Part shown: positions 59,586 to 64,000 of the stretch, piece by piece
How the letters are laid out: each line of letters begins with the position of its first letter
Numbering within the stretch: position 1 is the stretch's first letter
Origin: Pristiophorus japonicus
Lineage: Eukaryota
Length of the DNA: 64,000 nucleotides
Assembly: GCF_044704955.1 (NCBI RefSeq)
Contig: NC_091985.1
Location: 201,314,001-201,378,000, forward strand
Direction: 5' to 3'
Translations under genes and position numbers: made by a program
Notes under the pieces: model-generated
The model's input: only the letters and a program-made list of their open reading frames with translations
Database searches by the model: none
Told to the model about the DNA's origin: nothing

Positions 59586-60327
59586 CTGTCTGATCTCACT
59601 GGGCCCTTGGGTTACACACTGTCTGATCTCACTGGGCCCCCGGGTTATACACTGTCTGATCTCACTGGGCCCCCGGGTTACACGCTGTCTGATCTCACCG
59701 GGCCACCGGGTTACACACTGTCTGATCTCACTGGGCCCTCTGGTTACACACTGTCTGATCTCACTGGGCCCCCGGGTTACACGCTGTCTGATCTCACCGG
59801 GCCCCCGGGTTACACACTGTCTGATCTCACCGGGCCCCCGGGTTACACACTGTCTGATCTCACTGGGCCCTCTGGTTACACACTGTCTGATCTCACTGGG
59901 CCCCCGGGTTACACACTGTCTGATCTCACTGGGCCCCCGGGTTACACACTGTCTGATCTCACTGGGCCCCCGGGTTACACGCTGTCTGATCTCACCGGGC
60001 CCCTGGGTTACACACTGTCTGATCTCACTGGGCCCTCTGGTTACACACTGTCTGATCTCACTGGGCCCCCGGGTTACACACTGTCTGATCTCACTGGGCC
60101 CCCGGGTTACACACTGTCTGATCTCACTGGGCCCCCGGGTTACACACTGTCTGATCTCACTGGGCCCTCTGGTTACACACTGTCTGATCTCACTGGGCCC
60201 TCTGGTTACACACTGTCTGATCTCACTGGGCCCCCGGGTTACACACTGTCTGATCTCACTGGGCCCCCGGGTTACACACTGTCTGAGCTCACTGGGCCCC
60301 CGGGTTACACACTGTCTGAGCTCACTG
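59586..60327. repeat. 33-bp VNTR (CTGTCTGATCTCACTGGGCCCCCGGGTTACACA)x~22.5
   Basis: Near-perfect tandem array. Confidence 0.97.
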
Positions 60328-60339
60328 GAAGTTTCAGTC

Positions 60340-60790
60340 TATCTCCCGCATGTCCCCAAACCCTGAGCTCCGGGGCTGTGTGTTCAGTTCGGTGTTTTCC
60401 CTCACAAACTCATCGTACCCTCCCGGCCCCAACCGCCCACCATCAGTCCGGTTTCCTACATTGTCCAACCGCTGGTTACAACAAACTGCGCATCCGAGAA
60501 CTGGGGGTGGGGAGGGCGGCACCGAGCTTGCGCACTGCGGAATTCCCGGCCGTCTATCGGTTAAACGAAACAGATTGCCAGCCACTCCCACCAATAGGAG
60601 CCGGCAGCGCCTCCGAGCCCCGCCCACTGTGTTGAAGGAGCGCTGGGCAGCTCGGGGGTCACGTGCCTCTTGATTTGAAAAGTGTTCAACCGCCTCACCA
60701 CGCGCCGGCCGGGTGACGTCACATTAGGCGTCGGTGGTGAGGGGCACGACTGTTCGCAGTGCGCCTGCGCTGGACTCCCAGCTTAGTCAA
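60340..60790. promoter_or_regulatory. CpG-island promoter
   Basis: High CpG; CCAAT 60591, E-box GTCACGTG 60658-60665, CRE TGACGTCA 60714-60721, NRF1-like TGCGCCTGCGC 60760-60770. Confidence 0.7.
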
Positions 60791-60809
60791 TCCCTCACTC
60801 CTGCAGTAT

Positions 60810-61180
60810 TAACAATAACTTTTTTTTTGGAGCGCCTTTAACGTAGTAAAACGTCTCAAGGCGCTTCACAGCAGTGTTACAGGACACAACACATACATTT
60901 GACACCGAGCCACAAAAGCAGAAATTACGGCAGATGACCAAAAGCTGGGTCAAAGAGGTAAGTTTTAAGGAGTGTCTGAAAGTAGGAAAGAGGCGGAGAG
61001 GTTTAGGGAGGGAGTTCCAGAGCTCGGGGCCCAGGCAGCTGAAGGGCCGGACACCGATGGTGGAGCGATTATAATCAGGGATGGTCAAAAGGGCAGAATT
61101 TGAGGAGTGCAGACATCTTGTGGACTGCAACAGATTCCAGAGATCGGGAGGGGCGAGGCCTTGGAGTGATTTGTAAAAAG
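60810..61180 (-). mobile_element. L2 LINE 3' fragment
   Basis: RPFSCLGPELWNSLPKPLR motif and L2-type tail (gcgccttta acgtag). Confidence 0.75.
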
Positions 61181-61261
61181 TGATTTGTGATTATTAACAG
61201 CAACAACTTTTAACAGTGAGTCTTGTTTATTTTGTTTATTTGTACATGGGACGTGCTGGCA

Positions 61262-61822
61262 ACGGAAGAATGACCATAATCTGATAGAATGTTACATTAA
61301 GTTTGAAAGTGATTTTGTTAAATCCAAAACTAGGATCTTAAATTTAAACAAAGCAAACTTTTTAGGTATGAGGGGTGAGTTGGCTAAGATAGATTAGGAA
61401 ACTGCATTAAAAGGTATCGAGGTGGATAAGCAATGGCTCGCTTTAAAGAATGAATACACAATTTGCAACAATTAATACCTTTTAAGGCACAAAACTCCCA
61501 CAGGAAAGGTGGTCTAACTGTGGCTAACAAGTGAAGATAGCTTTAGATCAAAGGAAGAAGCTTATAATGTTGCCAAAAAGAGCAGTAAGCCTGGGGATTT
61601 GGAGCATTTTAGCATTCAGCAAAGGTGGACCAAGAAACTGAGAAAGAAAGGGAAAATAGAAAATGAGAGTAAACTTAGCAAGAGACATAAAAACAGACTG
61701 TAAAAGCTTTTGTAGGTATGTTAAAAAGGAAAAATTAGCAAAAGTAAATGTGGGTCCCTTACAGGCTGAGAAATTATAATGGGGAATAAGGAGATGGCAG
61801 AGAAATTAAACCAATACTTTGG
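61262..61822 (+). mobile_element. Old CR1 endonuclease-linker fragment
   Basis: gaccataat..tggctaacaag..gtgggtcccttacag..aattataatggggaataag. Confidence 0.7.
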
Positions 61823-62077
61823 GCGGAAAATTGCGGTTGGAAGCTTCTTTTGAGTGAATGCATCTGACCAGAATTTAAAAAAAAAAATTGCCTGGTGGTT
61901 TCAGAGGAACATAGGATTGTGGTCGGAGTCTGAGTTTCGTAGTGCAGTGCACAGGGACATGTCTTCCAGATATGTATTCGTATCCTGGGATCACGTGGGC
62001 CTGGACCACCAATGAACATCTAATATTCTCATTGATAATAATGGGCGCTCCGGTTGTACGAGTTCCCATTGCTATCA

Positions 62078-62590
62078 ACAGCAACAACTTTATTTATATA
62101 CCGCTTTTAACGTAGTAAAATGTCCCAAGGCACTTCAGTGTTATGAGACAAAGCAAATAAATTTGACACCGAGCCACATAAGAAGAAATTACAGCAGATG
62201 ACTAAAAGTTGGTCAAAGAGTAGCTTTAAGGGGCATCTTAAAGGGGGAAAGAAATGTCCAGAGGCAGAGAGGTTTAGGGAGGGAGTTCCAGAGCTTCGGG
62301 CCCAGGCAGCTGAAGGCACGGCCACCGATGTTGAACAGTTCTAATCAGGAATGCTCAAGAGGGCCAATTTTGAGGAACGCAGACATCACGTGGCATTGTG
62401 AGGCTGAAAGAGATTACAGAGGTAGGGAGGGGCAAGGCCATGGAGGGATTTGTAAACAAGGATGAGAATTTTGAAATCGAGATGTTGCTTAACTGGGAGC
62501 CAATGTAGGTCAGCGAGCACAGGGGTGATGGGTGATCGGGACTTGGTGCAAGTTAGGACATGGGCTGCTGAGTTTTGGATGACCTCAAAT
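62078..62590 (-). mobile_element. L2 LINE 3' fragment
   Basis: QNSAAHVLT..SPITPVLADLHWLPV..FKILILVYKSLHGLAPPYL. Confidence 0.85.
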
Positions 62591-62592
62591 TT

Positions 62593-63852
62593 ACATAACA
62601 TAAGAAATAGGAGCAAAGTATGGCCATACGGCCCCTTGAGCCTGCTCCGCCATTTAATACGATCATGGCTGATCCGATCATGGACACAAGTCCACTTTCC
62701 AGCCCGCTCCCCATAACCCCTTATTGCCTTCTCAGTTAAGAAACTGTCTCTCTCTGTTTTAAATTTATTCATTGTCCCCGTTTTCACCGCTCTCTGAGGC
62801 AGTGAATTCTACAGATTTACAACCCTCTGAGAAGAAATTTCTCCTCATCTCAGTTTTAAATGGGTGGCCCCTTATTCTAAGATTATGCCCCCTAGTTCTA
62901 GTCTCCCCCATCAGTGGAAACATCCTCTCTGCATCGATCTTGTCAAGCCCCCTCATAATCTTATTCGTTTCGATAAGATCACCTCTCAATCTTCTGAATT
63001 CCAATGCGTCGAGGCTCAACCTACTCATCCTTTCCTCATAAGTCAGCCCCCTCATCTCCGGAATCAACCTCGTGCACCTTCTCTGAGCAGCCTCCAAAGC
63101 AAGTATATCCTTTCATAAATAAGGAAACCAAAACTGTACGCAGTATTCCAGGTATGGCCTCACCAATACCCTGTATAACTGTAGCAAGACTTCCCTGCTT
63201 TTGTACTCCGTCCCCATTGCAATAAAGGCCAAGATTTCATTGGCCTTCCTGATTACGTGCTGTACCTGCATACTAATCTTTTGTGTTTCATGCACAAGTA
63301 CCCCCAGGTCCTGCTGTACTGCAGCACTTTGCAATTTTTCTCCATTTATAAAATAACTTGCTGTTTGATTTTTTTTTTCTGCCAAAGTGCATGACTTCAC
63401 AAATTCCAACATTATACTCCATCTGCCAAATTTTTGCCCACTTACTTAGCCTGTCTATGTCCTTTTGCAGATTTTTTGTGTCCTCCTCACACATTGCTTT
63501 TCCTCCCATCTTTGTATCATCAGCAAACTTGGCTACGTTACACTTGGTCCTTTCTTCCAAGTTGTTAATATAGATTGTAAATAGTTGGGGTCCCAGCACT
63601 GATCCCTGCAGCACGCCACTGGTTACTGATTGCCAACCAGAGCATGAACTATTTATCCCAACTCTCTGTTTTCTGTTAGTTAGCCAAGCCTCTATCCGTG
63701 AACTTTTATCTTGTGCAGTAATGTTTTATGTGGTACCTTGTCAAATGCCTTCTGGAAGTCCAAATACATCACATCCACTGGTTCCCCTTAATCCACCCTT
63801 GTTACATCCTCAAAGAATTCTAGCAAATTTGTCAAACATACTTCCCCTTCAT
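62593..63852 (-). mobile_element. CR1, 5'-truncated, inserted in L2
   Basis: ORFs 62765..63097, 63113..63412, 63288..63614; tail acataacataagaaatagg. Confidence 0.92.
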
Positions 63853-64000
63853 ATATGCAAATATGTTTGATTAACGTGAAAATATAAATTGTGTTCACCG
63901 CCCTACCAGCCTCTCTTTGTCTGTCTCTCTCTCCTCCTAAACTAAGGGACATTTAACAGTGCTCTATCCATCCCATCCTCATCACCCAGAGATGGCTATC
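63853..64000 (-). repeat. Inverted paralog of 5358-5512
   Basis: Reverse complement matches atctctgggtgatgaggatgggatggatag..actgttaaatgtccct..agtttaggaggagagagagaca. Confidence 0.85.

Noticed and set aside
59583-60635. 350-aa repeat protein (LSDLTGPPGYT)n
   Set aside because: Expected by-product of a stop-free 33-bp VNTR; no plus-strand promoter or domain evidence; kept only as a repeat

Overview
Eukaryotic (vertebrate, most likely cartilaginous fish; inferred from the repeat families present) genomic DNA. The core is a replication-dependent histone quintet, H1(+) H4(+) H3.2(+) H2A(-) H2B(-), at about 11.8-17.8 kb. Each gene has the 3' stem-loop and U7-binding downstream element. Decayed duplicates follow: a deleted H4 pseudogene fused to H2A upstream spacer, an H2B 3' remnant, and an open-frame but heavily substituted H4. 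There is also a six-finger C2H2 zinc-finger gene at about 40 kb and two CpG-type promoters with putative non-coding exons. Most of the rest is transposable element: many nested CR1 LINEs (two near full length with an SGNH-esterase ORF1), RTE and L2 LINEs, DeuSINE-like pieces, a complete but decayed Gypsy/Mag-type LTR element, a solo LTR, and several minisatellites. I found no wholly new biological system. The most striking signal is a 6.2-kb inversion (38416-44634) carrying the ZNF gene, which can be reconstructed from three split-element junctions and lies between two inverted CR1 copies. Other notable signals are a twin-priming-type inverted RTE insertion, a 34-bp perfect fold-back at a CR1 5' end, CDE/CHR-like elements upstream of core histone genes, and an H1 whose tail is a 30-bp minisatellite. 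All alignments were done by eye; repeat boundaries are approximate unless a TSD is quoted.
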